From an uncultured Phycisphaera sp. (GTDB taxonomy: Bacteria > Planctomycetota > Phycisphaerae > UBA1845): a stretch of 64,000 nucleotides of DNA. Of this stretch, positions 28,660 to 38,270 are shown one piece after another. The notes beneath the pieces were generated by a model. The model had not been told where the DNA came from. It did not search any database and worked only from the letters and a program-made list of their open reading frames with translations. How positions within the stretch are numbered: position 1 is the stretch's first letter; each line of letters begins with the position of its first letter. The stretch spans positions 100,008-164,007 of the forward strand of contig CAZAMB010000005.1 of the NCBI GenBank assembly GCA_964486335.1, in the 5' to 3' direction. A program made the position numbers and the translations under genes.

Positions 28660-29400
28660 ATGAAAAACGGATTGAATATCGTCCTGACAAACGATGACGG
28701 TTACGACGCGCTGGGGCTTTTGACGGCCTATAACGCGCTGGCGGAATTGGGGACCGTTCACGTTGTGGCGCCGCGGGCGGAGCGATCGGCGTGCAGCCAT
28801 ACGATCACGTTGCGGAACCCGATCACCGTAGAGCGTCGAACGCACGAACGATTCGGAGTGAGTTTCGCAGTGGACGGCACGCCGGCGGATTGCATTCGGC
28901 TGGCCGTTGCGGGGCTTGTTGAACCACCCATCGACATGGTGGCGTCGGGCATCAACCACGGAGCCAACGCAGGCGTGGACGTGTTTTATTCCGGAACGGT
29001 GGCGGGCGCTCGAGAGGGAGCGATTCTGGGCATTCCATCGATTGCGCTGTCTCAGGCGCTTCGGCAGGATGTCGCCGTTGATTGGAGCGCAGCCGGAACT
29101 GCGACGGGTATCGTGGTCCGAAGACTGGCGACCGAAACGCTGGAGGGGCCGGGGTTTTGGAGCGTTAATTTTCCGTCGCCGATCCCGACAAGCCCCGGTG
29201 ACCACATTCAGCGCGTTCCGCTGGCAATCCATCCGATGCCGATGCGATTCAACCGATCAGAGCGAGAGAACGGACGGGTGCTTCAATTCGATTACGGGGC
29301 ATCGTACTGGCTTCGCGACGTGACGGGTCCAAGCGACTATAGCGTCATTCGGGACGGCGGCATTGCGGTGACGGCCGTGCCGCTATACGGGCGCTTTTGA
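28660..29400 (+). CDS. surE: 5'/3'-nucleotidase SurE
   Basis: MKNGLNIVLTNDDGYDALGL..GINHGANAG.DVFYSGTVAGAREG is the canonical SurE sequence. Confidence 0.9.
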   Translation: MKNGLNIVLTNDDGYDALGLLTAYNALAELGTVHVVAPRAERSACSHTITLRNPITVERRTHERFGVSFAVDGTPADCIRLAVAGLVEPPIDMVASGINHGANAGVDVFYSGTVAGAREGAILGIPSIALSQALRQDVAVDWSAAGTATGIVVRRLATETLEGPGFWSVNFPSPIPTSPGDHIQRVPLAIHPMPMRFNRSERENGRVLQFDYGASYWLRDVTGPSDYSVIRDGGIAVTAVPLYGRF

Positions 29401-29424
29401 CGGATGCTGGCTTGCTTGGCGAAA

Positions 29425-29976
29425 TCAAACGGATTCGTTCTTGCGAACACCGAATGCGAATCGCAGCCGCGGCGGTCGGAGCCAGCCTGCCTGGGACGCC
29501 CCGGAAAGAAACAGGAATCCAACGCCGATGCCGATCAAGGACAATGGTGTGGTCCAAAGTGACGTCGGGTCATCGAACAACCAGCAACTGGGGTTCGCGG
29601 GGTCATAAAGAACCGTGGCAACGCGGTCCTCGGCAACGTTCTTCCAACGAACGAAACCCTTGCTGCGGTAGTTATGCCTTGAGAAGCGGCTTTGATGAAC
29701 GATCCTGCGGTGGCCGGCGGTGAAAATGACGGTTCGGTAGGCTCGACGACAGAATCGAACTTTTTGATGCCAAGGCTCGATGACTTCGTCGGAAGATCGG
29801 AGAATGTGGTCCATATAGGTAATTATGGCTTCGGTCCGGTATCCGAAACCACACAGTCTTGACGTGAGATACAGCCGGTACACTCCATAGGAAGCGACAA
29901 CCGCAGCCAGGACCAGATAGTAGCGTTGCAGCGGACCTGTGAGAGTCAGGTCCAGTTTCCTGCGTTTGGCTTTCAT
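29425..29976 (-). CDS. hypothetical membrane protein (DUF3592-like)
   Basis: 183 aa, two TM segments flanking a beta-rich domain. Weak resemblance only. Confidence 0.5.
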   Translation of the reverse strand: MKAKRRKLDLTLTGPLQRYYLVLAAVVASYGVYRLYLTSRLCGFGYRTEAIITYMDHILRSSDEVIEPWHQKVRFCRRAYRTVIFTAGHRRIVHQSRFSRHNYRSKGFVRWKNVAEDRVATVLYDPANPSCWLFDDPTSLWTTPLSLIGIGVGFLFLSGASQAGWLRPPRLRFAFGVRKNESV

Positions 29977-30132
29977 GAAGTAATCCTACGATTCCTGCAC
30001 TGATCAGCGTGCGGATTCGACACCGTTCTTCTCGGACGCGGCGCTTGGCGTGCATCGATCCTCTGCTCAGGATCGACGTGAACCGTGCGGAGTGGTAGGT
30101 TTCCGGGAAGCGCTCGACGACGAAAAAGCATT

Positions 30133-30139
30133 AAGGAGG
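30133..30139 (+). promoter_or_regulatory. Shine-Dalgarno aaggagg for the Top6A-like gene
   Basis: aaggaggaaccATG, spacing 5 nt to the ATG at 30144. Confidence 0.6.
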
Positions 30140-30143
30140 AACC

Positions 30144-31274
30144 ATGGCAGCGAGAACGGGAACCGGGAAGTCAACGACCAAGCGAAACGGAGCAGCCGAC
30201 GTTCGACTCGAAGCAATGGCAAGGGCCGTCGCGGACATGGCGTTTCGCAAGAAGGACCCTGAATTGTTCATTCCGGCTCGCTTGCTGAGCAATGTCGCGT
30301 TCAACGAAAAGACGCGGCACATCGAGATGGGCGACAACAAGCAGTCGCGGAGCTTCTTCAACTACGGTCAGGCGAAGCGGTTCATGCAGACGATGCTGGT
30401 GGCGAGCAAGTGCAAGGAACTGATCGAGCGCGGGAAGACGGCCAGCATTCGTCAGATCTACTACCTGTCGAAGCACACGATCAAAGGGACGAACGAGAAG
30501 ACTTTTGACGATCAGGCGGAGTCGGACCCGATCATCGAAGATGTCGAGGTCGCGATCGACACACTCCGCGAGGAATTGCACGTCTTCGCGAGCAATCGCG
30601 GCAATCTTGTCGGGCCGGTGACGCTGGTCGATGCGGGGAACACGCTGGACTGCACGGCGATGGGATCGGCGGGTTACGCGGTGCCGAGCATCTGCGAGCC
30701 GGACGTGATCCAGTTCAAGAAGTGCAATGCGAAGTTCATCCTGCACGTCGAAAAGGACACGGTGTGGCGGCGGTTCCATGAGGATCGGTTCTGGGACAAG
30801 CACCAATGCATCGTTTCGCACGGCGGCGGACAGCCCGCGCGCGGCATGCGCCGGCTGCTACGGCGGATGCACGAGGAACTCAAGTTACCGGTATTCGTGC
30901 TGCTCGATAACGATCCTTGGGGGTACTACATTTACTCGGTCATCAAGCACGGCTCGATCAATCTGGCGTATGAGTCGAGGCGGATGGCGATCCCGGACGC
31001 GAAGTTCATCGGCGTTTCGAGCTTTGACTACGACCGCTGCGAGATGAACGACGACGTGAAGATCGAGCTCGACGCGACGGACATCAAGCGTGCCAAACAG
31101 ATCGCGGCCTATCCGTGGTTCGAGAAGAAGCGGGAGTGGCAGCGGGAGTTCAAGAAGATGCTGGCCAACGGGTTCAAGATGGAGGTTGAAGCGATGATCT
31201 CCAAAGATCTTGAATACCTGACGGGCGAGTACGTGCCGATGAAGCTGAAGGACAAGAAGCAGTGGCTGGATTAG
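30144..31274 (+). CDS. Spo11/DNA topoisomerase VI subunit A (Top6A) homolog
   Basis: 376 aa with all three family hallmarks: 5Y-CAP motif ASIRQIYYLSKH (R-x-IYY with catalytic Tyr); Toprim glutamate ILHVEKDTVW; Toprim DxD VLLDNDPWGYYIYSV (DxDPxGxxI). Confidence 0.8.
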   Translation: MAARTGTGKSTTKRNGAADVRLEAMARAVADMAFRKKDPELFIPARLLSNVAFNEKTRHIEMGDNKQSRSFFNYGQAKRFMQTMLVASKCKELIERGKTASIRQIYYLSKHTIKGTNEKTFDDQAESDPIIEDVEVAIDTLREELHVFASNRGNLVGPVTLVDAGNTLDCTAMGSAGYAVPSICEPDVIQFKKCNAKFILHVEKDTVWRRFHEDRFWDKHQCIVSHGGGQPARGMRRLLRRMHEELKLPVFVLLDNDPWGYYIYSVIKHGSINLAYESRRMAIPDAKFIGVSSFDYDRCEMNDDVKIELDATDIKRAKQIAAYPWFEKKREWQREFKKMLANGFKMEVEAMISKDLEYLTGEYVPMKLKDKKQWLD

Positions 31275-31321
31275 CGCACTGAAAACTTTCCATCGCTCAG
31301 AATATGCGCGCCTTTTCGCAT

Positions 31322-32680
31322 TCAGCTTTCGCGCGATGGTCTCGTTGGCGAACTTGTTTCGGAGTGCGCTGTCCCTTCTCCAATCATTTTTTCCGCGATT
31401 CCGCGAGTAAGCTTGCGAAGGTCGATCCCGAGAACGGACTCGATCGTCGCCAGCGATTCGGAGAGCATTCTGGCCCGACTCAGCGCGGCCCCGGCAATCG
31501 CCCGGCCATCGCCTCCGTCGATGACGGTTACGTCACCCAGCTCCACCGTGGACACCGTCTTGCAGAGTTCGCCGACGACGCCCGGCAGCATTTCGGCAAG
31601 AAGGACGGTTAGTGCTTCCGGGTGTTCGTGAATGGCTGCGCCGATGCACTCAATCGCCGCGGCGCGGGCCTTGCCTTCTTCGAGGATCATCGCGGCCGCG
31701 CCTTCGGCCTTCGCCTTGGCCGTATCACGATCGGCGTTGGCTTGTTTAACCTGCGTGGCAATGAGTCGAGCCTCCTCCGCCTGCGCGGCGGCTTCCTGCG
31801 CTTGGGCTTCCTTCATGGCGGCTTCGCGAGCCAGTTCGGCCTGTCGCATGCGAAGGGCGTTGTTGGCTTCGGCGATGGACTTTTCGGCGCTGAGCCGCGC
31901 CGCTTCGGCCGTTTGATGTCCTTTGGCTTCAGCGGATCGCGCCTCGGCATCGCGCTCCGCGCGAGCCCTGCGCGCCTGAGCGTCGGCCTCGGCTTCCTTA
32001 ATGTCCGCTTCTGATTTGCGGGCTGCCTCAAACTGGCGCGCATTGGCACGAACTTCGGCGGACGCTTTTCGAGCAATGGACTCAAGGTATTGCTCATCGT
32101 CATGCACATTCTGAATATTCACGCTATCGATCACCATGCCGAGCTTACGGAAATCGTCGTTGACTTCGTTCATGACGGTGGCGACGAACTTGTCTCGGTC
32201 TTCGACAATTTCCTCGGGCGTCATCTTGCCGATCACCGCGCGAAGGCCTCCTTCGAGCGTTTCACGTGAAACACGCTCCAGCTCCACCTGGGGCTGACCA
32301 AGAAATCGCTCGATCGCGCTGCAGCGAATTTCCGGATCAGAGGAGACCTTGACATTGGCGACGCCGGTTACCGTGATCGGAATCATCTTGCCGCCGCCGG
32401 ATTGGGCCTTGACTTCTAGGCCGACCTGCATGTTGCGCAGGCTGAGCATCGCTACCTTCTCGATGATTGGTACGACGACGGTGCGTCCGCCGATCAACGT
32501 GCGGTAGCCGACGTTGTTCGACGCGCGTCGCCCACTGATGACCAGCAATTCACTGGGATTCCCGACGACTGTGAATTTGGCCACAAGCGTCAACAAGGCA
32601 ATGATCAAGAGAAGCACGCCCATCCCGATCAAGATGCCGGTTGCGGCGTCGCTTGTCTGTGCGAGAATCGTGGTGCTCAT
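31322..32680 (-). CDS. flotillin-like SPFH/band-7 protein
   Basis: 452 aa, N-terminal TM, SPFH domain, long Ala/Glu/Lys-rich coiled-coil (AEAKGHQTAEAARLSAEKSIAEANNALRMRQAELAREAAMKEAQAQEAAAQAEEARLIATQ). Confidence 0.85.
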   Translation of the reverse strand: MSTTILAQTSDAATGILIGMGVLLLIIALLTLVAKFTVVGNPSELLVISGRRASNNVGYRTLIGGRTVVVPIIEKVAMLSLRNMQVGLEVKAQSGGGKMIPITVTGVANVKVSSDPEIRCSAIERFLGQPQVELERVSRETLEGGLRAVIGKMTPEEIVEDRDKFVATVMNEVNDDFRKLGMVIDSVNIQNVHDDEQYLESIARKASAEVRANARQFEAARKSEADIKEAEADAQARRARAERDAEARSAEAKGHQTAEAARLSAEKSIAEANNALRMRQAELAREAAMKEAQAQEAAAQAEEARLIATQVKQANADRDTAKAKAEGAAAMILEEGKARAAAIECIGAAIHEHPEALTVLLAEMLPGVVGELCKTVSTVELGDVTVIDGGDGRAIAGAALSRARMLSESLATIESVLGIDLRKLTRGIAEKMIGEGTAHSETSSPTRPSRES

Positions 32681-33345
32681 GGACGTCCTCCCGTTGCCGG
32701 TTCCGTAATGAACTCGTGCTCTTTTGTGGAAACAACTTCCGCCAGTCCCGCGGCGTACCCTGCGATCACCACCTTCTCGCCAGCTGGGAACCGCTCGTCG
32801 CCACGCCGGGCTTTGGCGGCAACATAGCGCTCACCGGGCCCGACCTTCACGGCAACTTCCCCACGACGACCCGGTTCTATAGTCATCGTGACACGGGCCG
32901 GTTGATTGACGAAATCACCGGAATGAGACTCGCTTCCAACGCCCGAACGCTTCAACCATCTCAGAAGCTGATGTACCGCTTGGCCCGCGATCAGCCCAGA
33001 AACTGCCGCGATCCAGATCACACGATTGGCCCTGCCGCGACCGACAAATGTCATTGTCGTTCCGACGAGTCCAAACACCGCCATGAAATAAACGACAAGC
33101 TGCATGGAGAACCAGTTGGTCAACGACAGCGGCGAGGAACTTTTCAATGGGGCAACGTCGTGGTGCGGGCCGTGATGCGACAGATCATGATTGAAATCTC
33201 CGGCGGACACATCGCCGGAAAAGTCCGTCGAAGTCGCCCCGTCCACATCGACCTCCCCGGTCCCACTTCCGGAAAAGAGAGTCGAAACGAGCAGCAGCCC
33301 GCCGCCGACAATCAAGCAGATGATGTAGAGACTTGTCATGACCAC
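32677..33345 (-). CDS. NfeD-family membrane protein (partner of flotillin)
   Basis: N-terminal TM helices and C-terminal OB-fold segment GRRGEVAVKVGPGERYVAAKA; 4-nt overlap with the flotillin gene start. Confidence 0.75.
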   Translation of the reverse strand: MVMTSLYIICLIVGGGLLLVSTLFSGSGTGEVDVDGATSTDFSGDVSAGDFNHDLSHHGPHHDVAPLKSSSPLSLTNWFSMQLVVYFMAVFGLVGTTMTFVGRGRANRVIWIAAVSGLIAGQAVHQLLRWLKRSGVGSESHSGDFVNQPARVTMTIEPGRRGEVAVKVGPGERYVAAKARRGDERFPAGEKVVIAGYAAGLAEVVSTKEHEFITEPATGGRP

Positions 33346-33582
33346 TCCTTCGTCGCGCCGAAGCGTAATGATCTGAAAGAGCTATGGCAGTGTTGCCATC
33401 GACTCTTCGTTCCGCCTGTTCACCTGCAAACGATGCCAATGGTCGCACTGCGTAGGTAAAGTGTACCAACTGTTGTGCAACCGGCTACTATATTTTCTTG
33501 AGCGAATTGGAATCGGGGTGGGGGTTTCCCGGAGCTTCGCGGAGGTTCAGGTCGCAGGCTTGGCGGGAAATGAGGTAGCCCG

Positions 33583-34200
33583 TCAACCGCGGAACATAGC
33601 CCCGCCGCAGTATAACACCACAATCAGCCCTGATAGGGCCAGCGAGGTTACCGCCCAGCTTCGCCGAGTTGGGCGACGAAGGCCCAGTGCGCCCAGCACG
33701 ATGGTCGCAAGACAGGTCCCCAGCGCCGCAGTGCTGAGCAGACTCGACGCGATCATCCAACCGGGGACAGCCCCGCCGCGAGATTTCATGAACTCCATCA
33801 TGGCTTGGGTGAAGCCCGCGCCCTCTCGCCGGGCTTTTTCAATCTGCTCGACCATGTCCTGCATTTCAAGGGCGTGCCCTCCCAGGATGATCGAGGCGAT
33901 TCCGAACAGCACGATCGTGACGATGGCCAGAACCAGCGAGGCTGTTGCCGCGCCGTTGCCGAGAGACGGCTGCGGCGCTGCGGCGAATTCAAGAGAATCG
34001 CCGGATTCGAACGGACGTGGATGCACATCAGTCCGACGAATGGCCGTTGCGGTGGGAATTCCTTCGAGTTCGCCCAGCGTGGATTCGCCAGGCGCTGTGA
34101 CGGTGCGCTGACAATAGGGGCAGCGGACGACCTGCATCGCCCAGTGGTCATCGACTTCGATGGGTTCCGTGCAGGCCGCGCATTGAAACCGAATCGCCAT
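33583..34200 (-). CDS. hypothetical membrane protein with N-terminal zinc-ribbon
   Basis: MAIRFQCAACTEPIE..RCPYCQRT then three hydrophobic helices. The plus-strand ORF 33461..34111 is antisense noise. Confidence 0.55.
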   Translation of the reverse strand: MAIRFQCAACTEPIEVDDHWAMQVVRCPYCQRTVTAPGESTLGELEGIPTATAIRRTDVHPRPFESGDSLEFAAAPQPSLGNGAATASLVLAIVTIVLFGIASIILGGHALEMQDMVEQIEKARREGAGFTQAMMEFMKSRGGAVPGWMIASSLLSTAALGTCLATIVLGALGLRRPTRRSWAVTSLALSGLIVVLYCGGAMFRG

Positions 34201-34571
34201 GGATCGGATCGTATCTCGCGTCGCGCATCCTCGTCAATTGGTATTTGTTTCGCTCAATGTTGAAAAAAAACACAATTGAAGTCGTTCGGGCCTTTGCCGT
34301 GGGATGAGCAACTCCTGCGCTGGTTTATCAGTATTGATTCTGGGTTCTGCTATCATGAAACCAGGTGCTTTCCAATGTTGCGCAAAAGCCGCCGAACGGA
34401 AGCGCCGATTCCGCGCAATTCGGTCCTCGGCGAAGCGCTTACGCCATCGGGCGAGCCTTCAAGCATTTGATTCGCTAACGCCGATAGACCGTTCGCAAGG
34501 ATTGCAGGAATGAATGCCGCGCGGAGCGCTGAAATCATCGGTTGTTTCAAATTGATAACGGAGCGGCTTCC

Positions 34572-34784
34572 ATGATAACCAAGAGCGAAACCATCGCGGA
34601 GATTATGTTCCTCAATCCGACTGCCGGGGCGGCCTTTCTCTCCGAGTTCAACAACGACGACCTCGTTCGCTATCTCGGACGACTTCGTGATCTGGGCACA
34701 TCGGCACGCGGCTCGGACGCGCGACGCGCGAGCGAGCCGGCAAAGCCCTTATCACCGTTTGCGGTAACCCTGATCCCCGCCTAG
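34572..34784 (+). CDS. hypothetical small protein
   Basis: 70 aa from ATG preceded by ggagcgg. No similarity recognised; could be non-coding. Confidence 0.3.
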   Translation: MITKSETIAEIMFLNPTAGAAFLSEFNNDDLVRYLGRLRDLGTSARGSDARRASEPAKPLSPFAVTLIPA

Positions 34785-34798
34785 GTCTACAGACGCCT

Positions 34799-35077
34799 TC
34801 ACGATGACCTCTTTCGGGCTTCGTCGAGCCAGACTCGAAGATTCCTGGCCAGCAGTTCGGGCGTTCCGTCAGCCATGATTCGTTCGATCGCCTTTGGTTC
34901 CAGCTTGAGCGATTTCATGGCTGTTGCCGCGCGAGTCCACAGTCGCTTCCGCTTCGCTTCGGTATCGGCAAGGTACAATTCCGTCACGATCTCCTGCAAT
35001 CGCGCAAGCATGATCTCGTCGCGGTGATCGTAATAACGGCTGATGATCTTCTTCTGGTGCGGCGTAAACTCACCCAT
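34799..35077 (-). CDS. hypothetical small protein (MGEFTPHQKKIISRYYDHRDEIMLARLQEIVTELYL...)
   Basis: 92 aa from the internal ATG at 35077. The upstream part of the 139 aa track ORF is Arg/Gly-rich noise. Confidence 0.4.
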   Translation of the reverse strand: MGEFTPHQKKIISRYYDHRDEIMLARLQEIVTELYLADTEAKRKRLWTRAATAMKSLKLEPKAIERIMADGTPELLARNLRVWLDEARKRSS

Positions 35078-35273
35078 GGCCGCGTGATATCGATACCGAC
35101 AACGGCCGTCAAGTCGCGCCCCAGAAAGCCACGCCCCAAAAGGGCGATTTCCGGTTCCGGCCGAACCGCCATTTCTCGCTTGACGACGGTTGATTGGCGT
35201 AGTTAAGATGCAGGTCAACAGTCAGGTCGAGCTGCGGGTCCGAGAGGGGTGTCGTATTTTCGGAGGACCGACC

Positions 35274-37277
35274 ATGTGCCGTGCAATTCAGACTGAATTC
35301 AACCGAACCGTTGCCATTACGTTGATGGCGTTCATGTGCTTGTGGGTAGGCGCTGAACAGGCCCTCGGCCAATCGGACCCAACGAACGCCCGCACGATCT
35401 ATCGCTTGAACTCGGTGAGCACTTTTCAGCAAGGGTGCTTTGACCCTTGCATGTGTCCGTTGCTTGAGCAGCGTCCCATGCGCGGGACATTCGCTCTTCG
35501 TCATGTCAGCACCCAGAACGGTTTCCAATCATTCGCGGTGGAAGACGTGAATTGGACGGTAGCCTACGACGATCCTGAGTTGCGCGTTACCGGGACGGGT
35601 AGTTACACGATCGGCACGCCGGGCGTCATCACCGTGTTGCACCATCGGCTCGAACTGGATCTGAAGGTGGGCAACAACGCCGTGGAGTATTTTGACAGTG
35701 GTTGGATCATCGGCCCAAACCTGCCGCACATCGGCATCACGATTTCAAAGAACAACATGTTCTGCTTTGATACCGTGTTCGTCATTTCGGCCGACCCGGT
35801 GCCTGCCGCAGAGTTTTCGCGGTATGCGCTTGTACAGGGCAGCACGTTTGAACGCGGCTGCTATGACCCTTGCGACTGTCTGCCACCGGGTTCGCCGCAG
35901 CCCGTGGTCGGGACGTTTCGACTCGTGCCGCTGTACGACAACAGCCTGTTCGCCGAGTTCGCGATGGTGGACATTCAATGGAATGTATTGAGCACGATTC
36001 CCACGGTACCGCCGAATCTTCCGATTGCCGGGACAGGCACTTACATGGTCGGCGGCGAATTTGCCGCTCAACAGCGAATGCGCGCCGACCTGCGCGTCGG
36101 AGGCGAGGAATCCCAGCATTTTGATAGCCGCATGGTGGTCGGCGGATCAGCGTTTCCCACACGAATCGACGCTACTATTTCCGTCAGCGGAATGGTCTGT
36201 TTTGACTCTGTCATACACGTCGTGGCCGAGCGACTAAACTCCGGGGTCGTGTGCGGTGGAATTGCCGGCATCGGATGCGCCAACGGAGAGTTCTGCAAAT
36301 ACGCCGTCGGCGAATGCTGTTGCGATTTCCAGGGCATTTGTCAGCCGATTCCCGAGGCCTGCATCACGGTTTGGGATCCCGTGTGCGGCTGCGACGGCCA
36401 GACCTACGGCAACGAGTGCGAGGCCGACCGCGCGGGAGTTGCGATCGACCACTTCGGCGAGTGTGCCGGACCGTGCGACACGGCGACCGGCAAAGGCTGC
36501 GTCAAGGTCATCATCGACATGGACCCAAGCACGCCGGGATTCCAGTCGAGCATCACCGTGCCTCCCGGCAGCCCTACGATCCGCGGCATCGGCGTTTACG
36601 TTTACGACCCGAATGGTCAGAATTCGATCTGGGATATCGGGTATCTGGGCGGTCTCGATCGTGGCATCGCATTCGGGCACACGCCGTCGAACACGAATCC
36701 GCAGGGCCGCGTCGCCGGGCTGATTGCCTATCCGGGTACGCCGGTGAACCCCGGCAATACACCGATGATGATCCAACCGGCCATGGACAAAGGCTTCGGC
36801 GGCGCTGAAGTCCAATATGTGGAATACGGCGCGACGCAATCGGCGATAATGGCCTCTGAGCCATTGCAGCCGATCTTCACGGTTGACGTCATCCTCCAAA
36901 ACGCAGGCATCGGCGACACGTTTGGTTTTCAGATCATGGATTTTGTTCGCGTCTGGTCGGGCGGCTCCGGTGGTGCGTTCTCGACTCAGGGGCCGATGAG
37001 CCTTGACACTGGCGGTGACGTCGTGCCGGACGGCACCGTAAGCATTTACGGCATCGATGCCGACGCGGCGATTCCCGTTCCTCCGGCGGCGTTTTACGTT
37101 GATTTCATGGACCGCGGATTGGGACAAGCGAGTTCAGGGCAGATCGGCGCTACGATCACTGTTGCGGCAGGCGTCGAACCAATTCCGGCAGTAACGACCT
37201 GGGGAGCGGTCGTCATGGTACTTCTTGTGCTTTCCGCGGGAACCGTGGTGCTTCAACGATCGCGGCAAAGTGCTTGA
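35274..37277 (+). CDS. large secreted Cys-rich protein with two tandem ~155 aa repeats, a Kazal-type domain and a PEP-CTERM-like C-terminal anchor
   Basis: Signal peptide; repeats each carrying GC[FY]DPC[MD]C. Kazal signature CITVWDPVCGCDGQTYGNECEADRAG; C-terminal IPAVTTWGAVVMVLLVLSAGTVVLQRSRQSA. Confidence 0.7.
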   Translation: MCRAIQTEFNRTVAITLMAFMCLWVGAEQALGQSDPTNARTIYRLNSVSTFQQGCFDPCMCPLLEQRPMRGTFALRHVSTQNGFQSFAVEDVNWTVAYDDPELRVTGTGSYTIGTPGVITVLHHRLELDLKVGNNAVEYFDSGWIIGPNLPHIGITISKNNMFCFDTVFVISADPVPAAEFSRYALVQGSTFERGCYDPCDCLPPGSPQPVVGTFRLVPLYDNSLFAEFAMVDIQWNVLSTIPTVPPNLPIAGTGTYMVGGEFAAQQRMRADLRVGGEESQHFDSRMVVGGSAFPTRIDATISVSGMVCFDSVIHVVAERLNSGVVCGGIAGIGCANGEFCKYAVGECCCDFQGICQPIPEACITVWDPVCGCDGQTYGNECEADRAGVAIDHFGECAGPCDTATGKGCVKVIIDMDPSTPGFQSSITVPPGSPTIRGIGVYVYDPNGQNSIWDIGYLGGLDRGIAFGHTPSNTNPQGRVAGLIAYPGTPVNPGNTPMMIQPAMDKGFGGAEVQYVEYGATQSAIMASEPLQPIFTVDVILQNAGIGDTFGFQIMDFVRVWSGGSGGAFSTQGPMSLDTGGDVVPDGTVSIYGIDADAAIPVPPAAFYVDFMDRGLGQASSGQIGATITVAAGVEPIPAVTTWGAVVMVLLVLSAGTVVLQRSRQSA

Positions 37278-37305
37278 ATACGATCGTCCGGTCTCGCCGG
37301 GTTGG

Positions 37306-38175
37306 TTACGATCCAAACAGAACGTACCGCTGGTTCGGCTGGGCAAACCCGGCGAACTCACGGCTCACAAAGTTAAACGAAGGATCATCCCATTCGTCCG
37401 AGTAGTGATAAAGGTATGTCCGCTTGCGCACCGCTTCAGGCAGCGTTCGCAAGTCCTTCAAGGATGCGTGGATGGGTTCGAGCGAATCTTCAAGCTGGAC
37501 ATCGTGGAAAATGATGCAAGCGCGGTCCATCCGTCCGCCGAACCCGGCTCGGTCGAACCGCGTGTCTCCTGAGTAGATGGCCAGAGAGCCGGTCGATGCG
37601 TCGCGCATCGACACGCCAAAACTGGGCCAATCGAACTGACGCTCCACGCGAATGTGATCGGTGGGGAATAGACCCAGCTCAAAACGCTCCATCATCGTCA
37701 ACGGACGTTCTTTGTCGTTGACGTCAAGCGGCTTCGGCGCAAAGTAATCTTCCAGTGAAGCCTGCCGGCCGTTGAGCGAACCGAGACCGCCCCGAAGCGA
37801 ATGCTCCCAAAGCGACCGAATCAGCTCAGCCGATCCGAACAACTCAGGGCGACGCGTTTCAGCGCAGCGAGCGAAGCGGATGATGGATGCCCATTCCTCG
37901 AGTCCGCCAATATGGTCGGCGTGCAAGTGGGTAATGATGACGCCGCGAAGTGCAGAATAACAGATGTTTCCGCCGCTACCGAGATAGGAAAACTCCGGCA
38001 TGTCCTTTAACCTATGCAGAGCGAGCGGCCCGGTTGCGCCGAAGTCGATGAGCAGGGCGTCGTCAGGTCGATCCTGCTTGTCGGGACCGGATGCCCATGC
38101 TTCAATCAGCGCGCTGGATTGCAGATTGCGTTTCGCGAAGGCGGAACCAACGCCGAGAAACGTGAGCGTAAGCAC
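37306..38175 (-). CDS. MBL-fold metallo-hydrolase
   Basis: HxHxDH motif ITHLHADHIGGL and downstream His/Asp ligands. Confidence 0.85.
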   Translation of the reverse strand: MLTLTFLGVGSAFAKRNLQSSALIEAWASGPDKQDRPDDALLIDFGATGPLALHRLKDMPEFSYLGSGGNICYSALRGVIITHLHADHIGGLEEWASIIRFARCAETRRPELFGSAELIRSLWEHSLRGGLGSLNGRQASLEDYFAPKPLDVNDKERPLTMMERFELGLFPTDHIRVERQFDWPSFGVSMRDASTGSLAIYSGDTRFDRAGFGGRMDRACIIFHDVQLEDSLEPIHASLKDLRTLPEAVRKRTYLYHYSDEWDDPSFNFVSREFAGFAQPNQRYVLFGS

Positions 38176-38270
38176 GGTGAATGTCCCTTTTCGTTACGCG
38201 GTCGCGCCGACGCCCGGAGTATACAGGGAATGCGACCACAGGGAAGTTGGCGCTCGCCCCAGGCATCGAC

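Noticed and set aside
33461-34111. 216 aa plus-strand ORF
   Set aside because: Antisense to the zinc-ribbon membrane protein (33583..34200); translation is Arg/Ala/Pro-rich noise.
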